The position numbers and the translations under genes were made by a program. Below are positions 49,645 to 58,231 of a DNA stretch of 64,000 nucleotides, one piece after another. Each line of letters begins with the position of its first letter. Position 1 is the first letter of the stretch. Below the pieces are notes generated by a model. That model was not told where the DNA came from. It did not search any database and worked only from the letters and a program-made list of their open reading frames with translations. The stretch comes from a virus. The DNA lies in IMG/VR virus record IMGVR_UViG_3300025424_000009, one strand, 5' to 3'.

Positions 49645-50127
49645 ATGACAGAGCGAGAAGTTAATTACAACAGAGTACAAGAAGTACAATCAGTTCAAAA
49701 GAGTAAAATTGCCAACAAGATCTTTACTACATTTTGTAAAAAAGAAGATTTACAAGATATGATAGATAAGATAAAATCTACCTATTCTATCCTAAACAAT
49801 AGGATACTTGTATTCACATCTGAGCAAACAGAAGAATATATACTTACCTATAATGTAGAGCCTGGTAATCTATTAGAAGTAGAAGTAATAGGAAATACAG
49901 TATTACTGCATCGTAACAAAGATTACAAGACACTATTCTCCATTAATGCAATTAACATGCTGAACCAAATGGAAAATGGTAATACTGATAACTATTATAC
50001 CGTCCCATGGGAAAAGTATGAAAAGAGTATTTTATTGACAAGGAAGGGTGCTTTCTGTCAATTAAAAACAGAACTCTATAAAACTATAGATACCACACCA
50101 AAGACAGAAAACAATTTTTTTATTTAA
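49645..50127 (+). CDS. hypothetical protein of the replication module
   Basis: 160-aa ORF between polA and SSB. Confidence 0.7.
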   Translation: MTEREVNYNRVQEVQSVQKSKIANKIFTTFCKKEDLQDMIDKIKSTYSILNNRILVFTSEQTEEYILTYNVEPGNLLEVEVIGNTVLLHRNKDYKTLFSINAINMLNQMENGNTDNYYTVPWEKYEKSILLTRKGAFCQLKTELYKTIDTTPKTENNFFI

Positions 50128-50142
50128 TAACAAATATCAATT

Positions 50143-50571
50143 ATGAGCACAAACACAGACAACAAAGACTTAACAGTCGATGAACAAAAGCAAGATGCAG
50201 GTAAAACAGAAAAAAGTTTTAATGCAAACCTTAAAAAGGTAGTTTCAATACTAGGAAGTAAAGATTTACTTGCCCCTAGTAAAAAAGTAAAAGGTAATGT
50301 AGTTTCTGATATAGTAGCAGAACTCACAAAAGACCGAGAAGAACAAAATAGGCAAGCAGTAAAGACGGAGCTTTCTACCTTACTGACAAAGTATGTAGAA
50401 TTTGAAACTGAAGTGAAAAAGAAGGAAGAAGAGTTTAAAAAGCTGAAAGAACAGAAACAAAAAGAATTCATTGACGCATCTAACAAATTCTTCAATAAGA
50501 TTCAAGAAGTAGATACATTTATCAAAAGTATGGAACAAGCTTTATTAAAAGCATCTGAAACACAAGAATAG
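50143..50571 (+). CDS. hypothetical coiled-coil protein
   Basis: 142-aa K/E-rich ORF. Confidence 0.65.
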   Translation: MSTNTDNKDLTVDEQKQDAGKTEKSFNANLKKVVSILGSKDLLAPSKKVKGNVVSDIVAELTKDREEQNRQAVKTELSTLLTKYVEFETEVKKKEEEFKKLKEQKQKEFIDASNKFFNKIQEVDTFIKSMEQALLKASETQE

Positions 50572-50572
50572 T

Positions 50573-50983
50573 ATGAATACAAATAGTTATGAAAAGGTAT
50601 TAGTGTATACTATTACTGAAACAAACAAAACTTTGAATAGATGGAAGATTGAAAAGTGTAATCATCTAGTTATAACTAAGCAAGATATAAAAAGTGTGTT
50701 TAATTCGTATTTTGAAAAGTATATAAAGCATTATTTAAATCTTGATAATGTACAAGCAGCTAAACTAATGACTTGGCATAAATCAGATATATTCATTAAT
50801 GATCAATATCAAATAGTTCAAGTAAGATTCCTAGATCTTAATGATAAAGATCACTTTTGTATACATCACCTAAAAAAAGTCCTAGAAACTATAGATTACA
50901 ATAGCTTACAACACACTAAAGAGGAATCTTTAACACTGGTAGAAGATATATCTTTCAACTCTATTCAAAGTATTAAATTTTAA
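50573..50983 (+). CDS. hypothetical protein
   Basis: 136-aa ORF in the operon. Confidence 0.55.
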   Translation: MNTNSYEKVLVYTITETNKTLNRWKIEKCNHLVITKQDIKSVFNSYFEKYIKHYLNLDNVQAAKLMTWHKSDIFINDQYQIVQVRFLDLNDKDHFCIHHLKKVLETIDYNSLQHTKEESLTLVEDISFNSIQSIKF

Positions 50984-50996
50984 AACAACAATTATT

Positions 50997-52160
50997 ATGG
51001 CACTAAGCATCAGAGAATTAGCAGCACAAAGACTTAAGAAGTCACAATCAAGCGGAGGTGGTAACATAGATTACGCCAAGCTTAAGTTCAAACCTGAAAT
51101 AGGTAAAGAATACCAAATTCGTATTCTCCCTAATAAGTACTCAGAGTATCCTATCCAAGAGTTAGAGATACACAAGTATGACACCTTTAAAAAATCCCCA
51201 ATTGCCCTAACATCCTTTGGAGAGCCTGACCCTATTGTTAAGTTCATCAAGAGTCTATGGGATGAGGTAAACAAAGCAAAAGCAAGTAATGACCCTAACT
51301 TAGCAGTTATTACAAAAGAGAATGGGGATATTGCCAAGGCAATGAAACCAGGTAAGCGTTTCTTTGCACAAGTGATAGTACGTGGAGACGAAGCTAAAGG
51401 CCCCATCATCTGGGAATTTGGTTCTACTATTGCATCACAGATAGACAGTTTTCTTGCTTCTGAGGATTATGAAAACCTAACTGGTATTCAAGACGGCACT
51501 GATATAGTAGTTACAGGTATTGAAGCTTCAATGAAAAGTGGTCAGAAGTACACAGATGTATCTATTACCCCTCGTAAAAAAGAATCTCCTATATCTAAGG
51601 ATCCAGATACAGTTGAAAAATGGTTAGAAGATCAAAAAGACCCAGCACAAGTATTGTATAAAAAAATGACTTATGATGAGTTAAAGAAAATGTTAAAAGA
51701 TTACTTAAATCCAGGAGATGGAGATGATGAAAAGGAAGAGCAACCAAAGAAGAAGCCTCTCCCACTTAAACCTGCAAAAGCACCTGTTAAAAAAGTAGAA
51801 GTAGAGGAACAAGATGAAGACGAAGAGGAAGATACTCCACCCCCACCACCGGTTAAAAAACCTATTAAAAAGACAATAGAATTAGAACCAGAAGACGAAG
51901 ATGAGGAACCTGAAGAGGAAGAAGAAACAGACGATTTACCTTTCAAAGCTCCTGCTAAATCTTCAAAAGCATCTTCAAGTAAAGTTCCAAAAGAGTACGT
52001 AGAAGAGGAAGATGAACTACAAGATAAAATCCCAAGTGTAAAAGGTTCTGCAAAAGCTGAAATTAAAACTAAGGCTCCTGTTACAAAAAAAGCAATCACA
52101 CCTACTTCAACTAAGAAATCTTTTGAAGATGTGTTTGACGAAGATGAAGACGATGAATAA
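50997..52160 (+). CDS. single-stranded DNA-binding protein (T4 gp32-like)
   Basis: QIRILP, FGEPDPI, RFFAQVIVRGDE.KGP.IWEFG, GTDIVV core; long acidic/Pro-rich tail. Confidence 0.82.
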   Translation: MALSIRELAAQRLKKSQSSGGGNIDYAKLKFKPEIGKEYQIRILPNKYSEYPIQELEIHKYDTFKKSPIALTSFGEPDPIVKFIKSLWDEVNKAKASNDPNLAVITKENGDIAKAMKPGKRFFAQVIVRGDEAKGPIIWEFGSTIASQIDSFLASEDYENLTGIQDGTDIVVTGIEASMKSGQKYTDVSITPRKKESPISKDPDTVEKWLEDQKDPAQVLYKKMTYDELKKMLKDYLNPGDGDDEKEEQPKKKPLPLKPAKAPVKKVEVEEQDEDEEEDTPPPPPVKKPIKKTIELEPEDEDEEPEEEEETDDLPFKAPAKSSKASSSKVPKEYVEEEDELQDKIPSVKGSAKAEIKTKAPVTKKAITPTSTKKSFEDVFDEDEDDE

Positions 52161-52163
52161 TTA

Positions 52164-52273
52164 GCCCCTGATTAGGGATCGAAGGCACATCATACCTAGT
52201 CATAGGTACACTCTGATGTTGGGAACGTAGGCCCATGAGTTTCTTGATTCTAGAGCATTTTCCAAAAATCAAG
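52164..52273 (+). ncRNA. candidate structured RNA upstream of tRNA-like element
   Basis: Stems CCCT/AGGG, ACATCA/TGATGT enclosing TACCTA/TAGGTA, TGGG/CCCA, CTTGATT/AATCAAG in a non-coding, GC-enriched stretch. Confidence 0.35.
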
Positions 52274-52276
52274 GGT

Positions 52277-52350
52277 AAACAAGTTAGCTCAATTGGTTAG
52301 AGCACCCTTATTGTAAAGGGTAGATGGAGTTCGAGTCTTCACTTGTTTCA
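52277..52350 (+). tRNA. degenerate tRNA-like gene, most consistent with tRNA-Thr(TGT)
   Basis: AACAAGT/ACTTGTT acceptor, TAGCTC-AATTGGTTA-GAGC D arm, CCCTT-ATTGTAA-AGGGT anticodon arm, GGAG-TTCGAGT-CTTC T arm (one pair short); no encoded CCA. Confidence 0.55.
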
Positions 52351-52355
52351 CAAAA

Positions 52356-52438
52356 GCAGTAATTATAGAAATACCCTTGTACCCCTGCACTAGGGTTGGG
52401 TTAGACATAGTTATTCTGATTTAAGGTTTAATTACTGT
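52356..52438 (+). ncRNA. candidate structured element downstream of tRNA-like gene
   Basis: CAGTAATTA (52357..52365) / TAATTACTG (52429..52437) closing stem with an internal ACCC/GGGT hairpin. Confidence 0.3.
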
Positions 52439-52516
52439 ATATAACCATACCTTTAAGAATAACAAGTGGGAGTACTCCCTGCCAGAGTGGGGGTAAATTT
52501 TAAAAAAATAGATAAT

Positions 52517-52774
52517 ATGAGACAAACAGGTAGAACAGCTAGAATTGTAGATTTTGTTGTAGATCAACTATTTAGTATAGGGCAATGTATAGTTACAGAC
52601 CATATAGCATTTGAGTTTGAATATATCAAAGGATCACACTTACAACAGAATCTAATTAGCAGAGTACAAGAAAGAATAGCATTTAATCTTAGGCATTTTG
52701 AAAATCCAAAACAACTTAATTCTGAAATATTAGATATAAAAGGATTTAAGGTTGTACACTTTTCTTTAATTTAA
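52517..52774 (+). CDS. hypothetical protein (85 aa)
   Basis: ATG 52517 with the same 17-nt leader as recA is preferred over GTG 52466. Confidence 0.55.
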   Translation: MRQTGRTARIVDFVVDQLFSIGQCIVTDHIAFEFEYIKGSHLQQNLISRVQERIAFNLRHFENPKQLNSEILDIKGFKVVHFSLI

Positions 52775-52792
52775 AAATAAAAAATAGATAAT

Positions 52793-53923
52793 ATGGCAAA
52801 ATCAGCTAAGACATCAGCTACAACAAAAGAAAAAGAAGAACCTAAAGTAAACCTAAAAGCAGCCGTTACACAAGCGGTGGGAGGGAAGTTTGATAAGGCT
52901 AAATCAGATGCATTACAAAGGTTTAAGAAGTCTCACAATTTATCTGACACTGCTAACTTTAAACCTCAATCTTGGTTACCTATGTCCCCTGCTTTTAGGA
53001 AGGCTACTGGGTTACCAGGGTTATACGAAGGGGGTTTGAATATAGTTAGGGGTTGGTCAGATTCAGGTAAGACTACAGTACTTATAGAGGCTGCTATATC
53101 TGCTCAGAAAGCTGGAAAATTACCAGTTTTTATTATAACCGAACAAAAATTCAAATTTCAACATATAATTGACGCTGGATTCGAAGCAGAAGAAGTGGTA
53201 GATGAAGAAACAGGTGAGATTACCTATCAAGGGGATTTTATCTACATTGACAGAGAGCATATAGATGTTTTAGAAGATGTTGCAAAATTTATATTAGATT
53301 TATTTGATGAGCAAAAGAAAAATTTGCTAATGTTTGATCTTGTAATTTTGTGGGATAGCGCAGGGAGTTTACCATCAAGAAGGTCTGTAGAATCAAAATC
53401 TAACAACGCTCAATGGAATGCAGGATGTATGTCAGAAGTTTTTGGTCAACATGTGGTTCAAGAGTTTGCAAAAAGTAGAAAAAAATCATACCCGTATATA
53501 AATACCTTTGTTGTATGTAATCAAGTAAGATTAGAGCTTCCAGCTAACCCTATGGCAGGACCTGCTATAATGAGGAATAAAGGTGGAGATGCTTTATATT
53601 GGGCAGCAGACCTTGTAATTACAATGGGTAAGCTTACTAATGCAGGGTTAGCAAAAGTAGAAGCAACAAAGAACGGCAAAAAGGTTCTATTTGGTAAGAT
53701 TACTACTATAGCAATTTCAAAGAATCATATCTCAGATGTTACTACAAGTGATAAAATAGTAATGACTGCACATGGTTTTATTGAAAACACTAAAGAGGCT
53801 ATTACAGCTTATCAAAAAGCAAATAGTAAAAGGTGGCTTACTGAGTTTGGAACTGAAGATGTAGATGTTGTTATCAGTGAAGAACAAGGAGATTCTCAAC
53901 CTAATCTAGAGGAAGAAGATTAA
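52793..53923 (+). CDS. recA: RecA/UvsX-like recombinase
   Basis: GWSDSGKTT Walker A, VFIITEQK, WDSAGSL Walker B, VVCNQVR, KGGDALYWAA, KNHI. Confidence 0.9.
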   Translation: MAKSAKTSATTKEKEEPKVNLKAAVTQAVGGKFDKAKSDALQRFKKSHNLSDTANFKPQSWLPMSPAFRKATGLPGLYEGGLNIVRGWSDSGKTTVLIEAAISAQKAGKLPVFIITEQKFKFQHIIDAGFEAEEVVDEETGEITYQGDFIYIDREHIDVLEDVAKFILDLFDEQKKNLLMFDLVILWDSAGSLPSRRSVESKSNNAQWNAGCMSEVFGQHVVQEFAKSRKKSYPYINTFVVCNQVRLELPANPMAGPAIMRNKGGDALYWAADLVITMGKLTNAGLAKVEATKNGKKVLFGKITTIAISKNHISDVTTSDKIVMTAHGFIENTKEAITAYQKANSKRWLTEFGTEDVDVVISEEQGDSQPNLEEED

Positions 53924-53950
53924 TCTCAACTTTTCTCTCAACTTTATTTG

Positions 53951-53958
53951 ATATTTAT
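53951..53958 (+). promoter_or_regulatory. putative late promoter core ATATTTAT
   Basis: Upstream of the small ORF / GIY-YIG pair. Confidence 0.55.
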
Positions 53959-53971
53959 TAATATAACACCT

Positions 53972-54139
53972 ATGGGCAGATTGAAAAAATATAAGACAGC
54001 AGAAGAATTAGCAATAGCACGTAGAGGTTATAGTAAAAATTATTATAATAAAAATAAAGAGAAAGTAGATGCCAGAACCAAAGCAAACTATTACAGAAGA
54101 AAAAAGGATAGCGAAGGTATACCGAATTGTGAATCCTAA
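53972..54139 (+). CDS. small basic protein (55 aa, MGRLKKYKTAEE...), paralog of 3618..3767
   Basis: ATG 53972 preferred over 53948; overlaps the endonuclease start by 71 nt. Confidence 0.65.
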   Translation: MGRLKKYKTAEELAIARRGYSKNYYNKNKEKVDARTKANYYRRKKDSEGIPNCES

Positions 54140-55529
54140 AGGTAGTATTTATGTAGGCAGTACCATACAAAAAATAACAAATAGGTGGAGCCCTTATAAA
54201 ACACTAAATTGTAAAGAGCAAAGTAAACTATATAACTCATTGAATAAGTACGGTGTAGATAACCATATCTTTGAAATTATATGGGAAGGTAAGTTTGAGC
54301 AAATGTATAAGATGGAACGTACATTTGGTGATTACTATAATGTACTTGATAGAGATAGTGGACTAAACTTAGCTTTACCTGGTTATGATGATATACCTGG
54401 AGTATTATCAAAAGAGACTAAGGATAAGATACGAGAGTCAAGAGCTTATTTATGTAAGCCTAACAAAAAATGGACTAATTCAATAGTAGTAAATCAATAC
54501 AATTTAGAAGGTGATTATTTAGACACTTTTTATAATTTAATATATGTCAAACAAAAATTTAGGTTAAGTAATCAAGGACTTAAGTCTATGTTAGATGATA
54601 AAGATTATGTTTATGGTGATTTCATATGGATGCTTTATGAAGGAAATACTGATAATATCAATGTAGAAGATTATCCTATAAAAGTTGATAAGTATGACCT
54701 AAAAGGGAATTACATAGAAACTTTTAAATCTACTTTTGAAGCAGCTAAATCTATTGGAGGTAAAGTTCATCATAATGCTAGGAGTATTAGAAATTGTGTT
54801 AAAAAATTAAATAGAACTAGTTTTGGATTTATATGGAAGTATACTAGTGAAAAATTTATTCCAGAAAAAGATAGATATGAAAGACCTTCAGGAAAACCTT
54901 TATCTCTATCTCATAGAAAGATATTAAGTGATAGACATAGTAAAGCTGTAGTTATGTATGATGAAAAGGGTATTAAAATTAGAGAGTTTAAATCTGGTAC
55001 AGAAGCTGCTAAACATGTTGGGACTACTTCATCAGAAGTAAGTAGATCTTGTATAGTAAACAATTCTAGAACAAAAGGTTATTATTTCAGATATAAAGAA
55101 AGCTATAATGAGTCTACTTTACAAAAATTACAAGTATTTGTAAACCCTAAAAAATTAAGAGTAAAACAGATTTGTCCTAAAACTTTAGAGGTTATTAAGA
55201 TTTGGGATAGTATCACCGAAGCAGCCTGTTTCCTTAACGGAAGTACAACAGATATATCTGCGGTATGCTATGGTAAGAGAAAAACCTCAAAAGGTTTTAA
55301 ATGGGAACATGTTGAAGAAGGTATAGATAAAAGAATATGTCAAATTAATAAAGATAATAATGAGCTTATCAAAGTTTGGGATGATGTAAAACTTGCATCA
55401 GAGCACCTAAATTTAGAAGGTAGTAATATTTATGCAACCATAAAAGGCACCAGAAGAAAATCTTGTGGTGGTTTCATTTGGAAGTATTACTCAGATTACC
55501 TACCTTCGCAGGAACAATTAGTTAATTAA
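54069..55529 (+). CDS. free-standing GIY-YIG homing endonuclease with about five NUMOD1-like repeats
   Basis: KVYRI...IYVGST...R...LYNSLNKYG...FEII..E N-terminal domain; repeated V.(Q/K/M)Y...G..I..F.S..EAA...C....GF.WKY units. Confidence 0.85.
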   Translation: MPEPKQTITEEKRIAKVYRIVNPKGSIYVGSTIQKITNRWSPYKTLNCKEQSKLYNSLNKYGVDNHIFEIIWEGKFEQMYKMERTFGDYYNVLDRDSGLNLALPGYDDIPGVLSKETKDKIRESRAYLCKPNKKWTNSIVVNQYNLEGDYLDTFYNLIYVKQKFRLSNQGLKSMLDDKDYVYGDFIWMLYEGNTDNINVEDYPIKVDKYDLKGNYIETFKSTFEAAKSIGGKVHHNARSIRNCVKKLNRTSFGFIWKYTSEKFIPEKDRYERPSGKPLSLSHRKILSDRHSKAVVMYDEKGIKIREFKSGTEAAKHVGTTSSEVSRSCIVNNSRTKGYYFRYKESYNESTLQKLQVFVNPKKLRVKQICPKTLEVIKIWDSITEAACFLNGSTTDISAVCYGKRKTSKGFKWEHVEEGIDKRICQINKDNNELIKVWDDVKLASEHLNLEGSNIYATIKGTRRKSCGGFIWKYYSDYLPSQEQLVN

Positions 55530-55543
55530 TAAAACAAACAATT

Positions 55544-55765
55544 ATGGTAAGAAAAAATTTGACAGATGTCACACTACCTGCAAGTGAAGTAATAGTGAAT
55601 CCTTCTGGGCATTGTGAAGTGCTTGTATCTTTAAAAGATGTACCTAAAGATAAGTTATTAAACCATCTTTCACCAGATGATGTAGTAAACTACTTCGGAG
55701 TCGAAGACTTAATAGACACAATAGGACAAGATGTAGTATTCAAACATTTTAATATAGAGAATTAA
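55544..55765 (+). CDS. hypothetical protein
   Basis: 73-aa ORF with A-rich leader. Confidence 0.55.
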   Translation: MVRKNLTDVTLPASEVIVNPSGHCEVLVSLKDVPKDKLLNHLSPDDVVNYFGVEDLIDTIGQDVVFKHFNIEN

Positions 55766-56118
55766 TGATAATTAATAACTTTGTTTCAGATAAAATATTT
55801 AATGATATTTGTAAGTTTCGTATAAATATGCTATACGATGTTCAAATACTTAAATATCCAAGCAGTCTCTCAGCTATAGCTGATTGTATTAGAAAAGATT
55901 TAATACAAGGAGACTTATTTAAAGAATATCGTTTAACTGATGTCAGAATAACTTGTAGTATTAAAGACGATAAATACATTGAAGTCAGAGCGGAAATAAT
56001 AGATTTACCTTGGATGCAACCTAGAGTTGAAATTCACCTTAGTAAGATGAAAATTTATCATAATGAGGAAATAATTAACTCATTTGCATACAATATAATA
56101 TATGCAGTACTAATATGA
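55765..56118 (+). CDS. hypothetical protein
   Basis: 117-aa ORF, start/stop overlaps on both sides. Confidence 0.55.
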   Translation: MIINNFVSDKIFNDICKFRINMLYDVQILKYPSSLSAIADCIRKDLIQGDLFKEYRLTDVRITCSIKDDKYIEVRAEIIDLPWMQPRVEIHLSKMKIYHNEEIINSFAYNIIYAVLI

Positions 56119-57146
56119 AAAATAAAAGATTATTATCTATTTTCGACAAAATAGAAGATGAGATAGAGTTACCCCAACACATCTCTGCTAAGCATCGTAT
56201 TTTGGTCGTTGACGCTATGAATACATTCCTGAGATCATTTGCAGGATTTAATAAACATAATGTTGCAGGACATTTAGTATCTGGCCTAACCGGCTTCCTC
56301 CAAAGCCTAGGATCCGCAGTAAAGGAAATAAGGCCTACTAAAATCATAGTTGCATGGGATGGGGAGAAAGGCTCTCAAGCTCGTAAGTACCTTTGCAGAG
56401 ACTACAAAGCAAACAGAGATAACACTTCAATTATCAAGAAGGGTATCTTTGAATCTAAATCAGAAGAGGATGAGAGTAAGCAAGGACAACTACTTAGATT
56501 GGTAGATTATCTTAACTGCCTTCCCCTAACTATGATTGTTAAACCTAACCTAGAGATGGATGACATTGCAGCTATCCTGGTACAGCACCTAAAAGGTAGA
56601 CCAGATACTCACACATATATCATGTCTACAGACCAGGATTTCTATCAACTAATATCAGATGCGGTAACAGTTTATAAGCCTAAAGAGAAGCAGTTCATTA
56701 CAGAACACGAAGTATTAGCTAAATATAAGGTACACCCAGTTAACTTCTCTGTATTCAAAAGTTTAAATGGAGATACCTCAGATAACTTATCAGGTATCAG
56801 TGGGTTAGGAGAAAAGACCATTCCTAAACTATTTCCAGCACTTTCTACCTCTAGCAAGGTAACTTTAAAGGACATATACCAAACGTGCCAGGATAAGCCT
56901 CAAAATAGCGTTCTGTACGATAGAGTTCTATATTGTAAAAGCACCCTAGAAACCATGTTTAAAATCATGGACTTACATAATGTAAACGTAAGTGATAGCG
57001 ACAGAGAAGAAGTAATAGCCGAATTTGAATCAAAAGTAAATTTGTTTAATCGGAAAGAATTCCTAAATTTGCATTCCGAGGATAGGTTATATGACACCAT
57101 CCCTAACATAGTCAAGTGGCTAGATATTTTTAATAACGTAAAATAG
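56115..57146 (+). CDS. 5'-3' exonuclease / flap endonuclease (T4 RNase H-like)
   Basis: VDAMN, AWDG, YKANR, EMDD, STDQDFYQL, GDTSDN..GI.GLGEKT. Confidence 0.9.
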   Translation: MKNKRLLSIFDKIEDEIELPQHISAKHRILVVDAMNTFLRSFAGFNKHNVAGHLVSGLTGFLQSLGSAVKEIRPTKIIVAWDGEKGSQARKYLCRDYKANRDNTSIIKKGIFESKSEEDESKQGQLLRLVDYLNCLPLTMIVKPNLEMDDIAAILVQHLKGRPDTHTYIMSTDQDFYQLISDAVTVYKPKEKQFITEHEVLAKYKVHPVNFSVFKSLNGDTSDNLSGISGLGEKTIPKLFPALSTSSKVTLKDIYQTCQDKPQNSVLYDRVLYCKSTLETMFKIMDLHNVNVSDSDREEVIAEFESKVNLFNRKEFLNLHSEDRLYDTIPNIVKWLDIFNNVK

Positions 57147-57152
57147 AGATTT

Positions 57153-57959
57153 ATGATAGAAGACAAAGGTTTAAGGTTTAATACAGGGAAGACGCGTTAT
57201 GACTTAGTTCCAGCATTTGCACAAGAACAGTATGCAAAAGTTATGACTAAAGGGGCTGAAAAATATGCCGAGAGAAATTGGGAAAATGGGATGAGATGGA
57301 GTAAAGTATTAGCTTCATTAGAGAGGCATTTAATGGCTGTTAAAAAGGGAGAAGATTATGATCCTGAGACAGGGTTGTTTCATTCAGCACATATTATGTG
57401 TAATGCTGCATTCCTGACTGAGTATTATAAAATATACCCCCAAGGTGATGATAGACCTCATAGTTATTTAACTACTCCTAAAATAGGCCTAGATGTTGAT
57501 TGTGTACTAGCTGATTGGATAGGAGGTTATAAAAAACAATATAAATACCCTGATAATCACGAGTTTGATTCATGGTATCTACATTTCAATATAATTGGAA
57601 GGTGTAATAATGAACTAAGTGAGGATTTTTATTTAAATCTTAAGCCTCTCATAAGTCCCAAAGACTTACCTTTTGAACCTCATTGTTACATTACATCAAG
57701 GAATATACCTTCCTCAGTAACAGAGGAGTGGTTGTATAAAAATGGATTTCCATGTAGACCGGTACGTACAGTAGGCTTATCAGAAAGTAAAGCTGAAGTG
57801 GCAAAAGAGATGGGTGTAGAGTTATTTGTAGATGATGTATATAAAAATTTCCTAGAGCTTAACAAAGCTGGTATATGTACTTTCCTATTTGATGCACCCC
57901 ACAACAGGAGATTTGAAGTAGGTTATAAGAGATTAAGTAATCTAAAAGATCTAGTATAA
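57153..57959 (+). CDS. dATP/dGTP diphosphohydrolase (DUF5664-like) fused to HAD 5'(3')-deoxyribonucleotidase-like domain
   Basis: N: GLRFNTGKTRYDLVP, GAEKYAERNWENG, SLERHL, DPETGLFHSAH; C: LDVDCVLADW, YITSR, FVDD. Confidence 0.75.
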   Translation: MIEDKGLRFNTGKTRYDLVPAFAQEQYAKVMTKGAEKYAERNWENGMRWSKVLASLERHLMAVKKGEDYDPETGLFHSAHIMCNAAFLTEYYKIYPQGDDRPHSYLTTPKIGLDVDCVLADWIGGYKKQYKYPDNHEFDSWYLHFNIIGRCNNELSEDFYLNLKPLISPKDLPFEPHCYITSRNIPSSVTEEWLYKNGFPCRPVRTVGLSESKAEVAKEMGVELFVDDVYKNFLELNKAGICTFLFDAPHNRRFEVGYKRLSNLKDLV

Positions 57960-57982
57960 ATGTAGCATCAAAAAATATAATT

Positions 57983-58177
57983 ATGACACTAAAAAGATTT
58001 ACAATTAAGTTAAATTTCGACATTGACTTAAAGTTCATAGCCATCCTGCCAGCACTAAACATCAATATGCACAGCAGTTCATTAGAGTTTGAATGGTTAG
58101 TATTTGCAATTTATGTAGACTTCTCTAAAGAAAAGAAACACACTTACACACTACTAGATGAAAATTATTATTTCTAA
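57983..58177 (+). CDS. small hypothetical protein
   Basis: 64-aa ORF. Confidence 0.45.
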   Translation: MTLKRFTIKLNFDIDLKFIAILPALNINMHSSSLEFEWLVFAIYVDFSKEKKHTYTLLDENYYF

Positions 58178-58231
58178 CTAGTATCTATACAATCAGTTTT
58201 ATCCTTACTACACACTAAAATTTTTGCATAG

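Noticed and set aside
52212-52250. CTGATG followed by a stem, resembling a hammerhead ribozyme core
   Set aside because: Sequence is CUGAUGU rather than CUGANGA and no GAAA follows the putative stem II
52466-52516. ORF-track GTG start and the GGAGTACTCC palindrome / TACTCCC-GGGGGTA hairpin
   Set aside because: The downstream ATG has a better initiation context; the hairpin is more likely part of the RNA locus or a terminator than coding sequence
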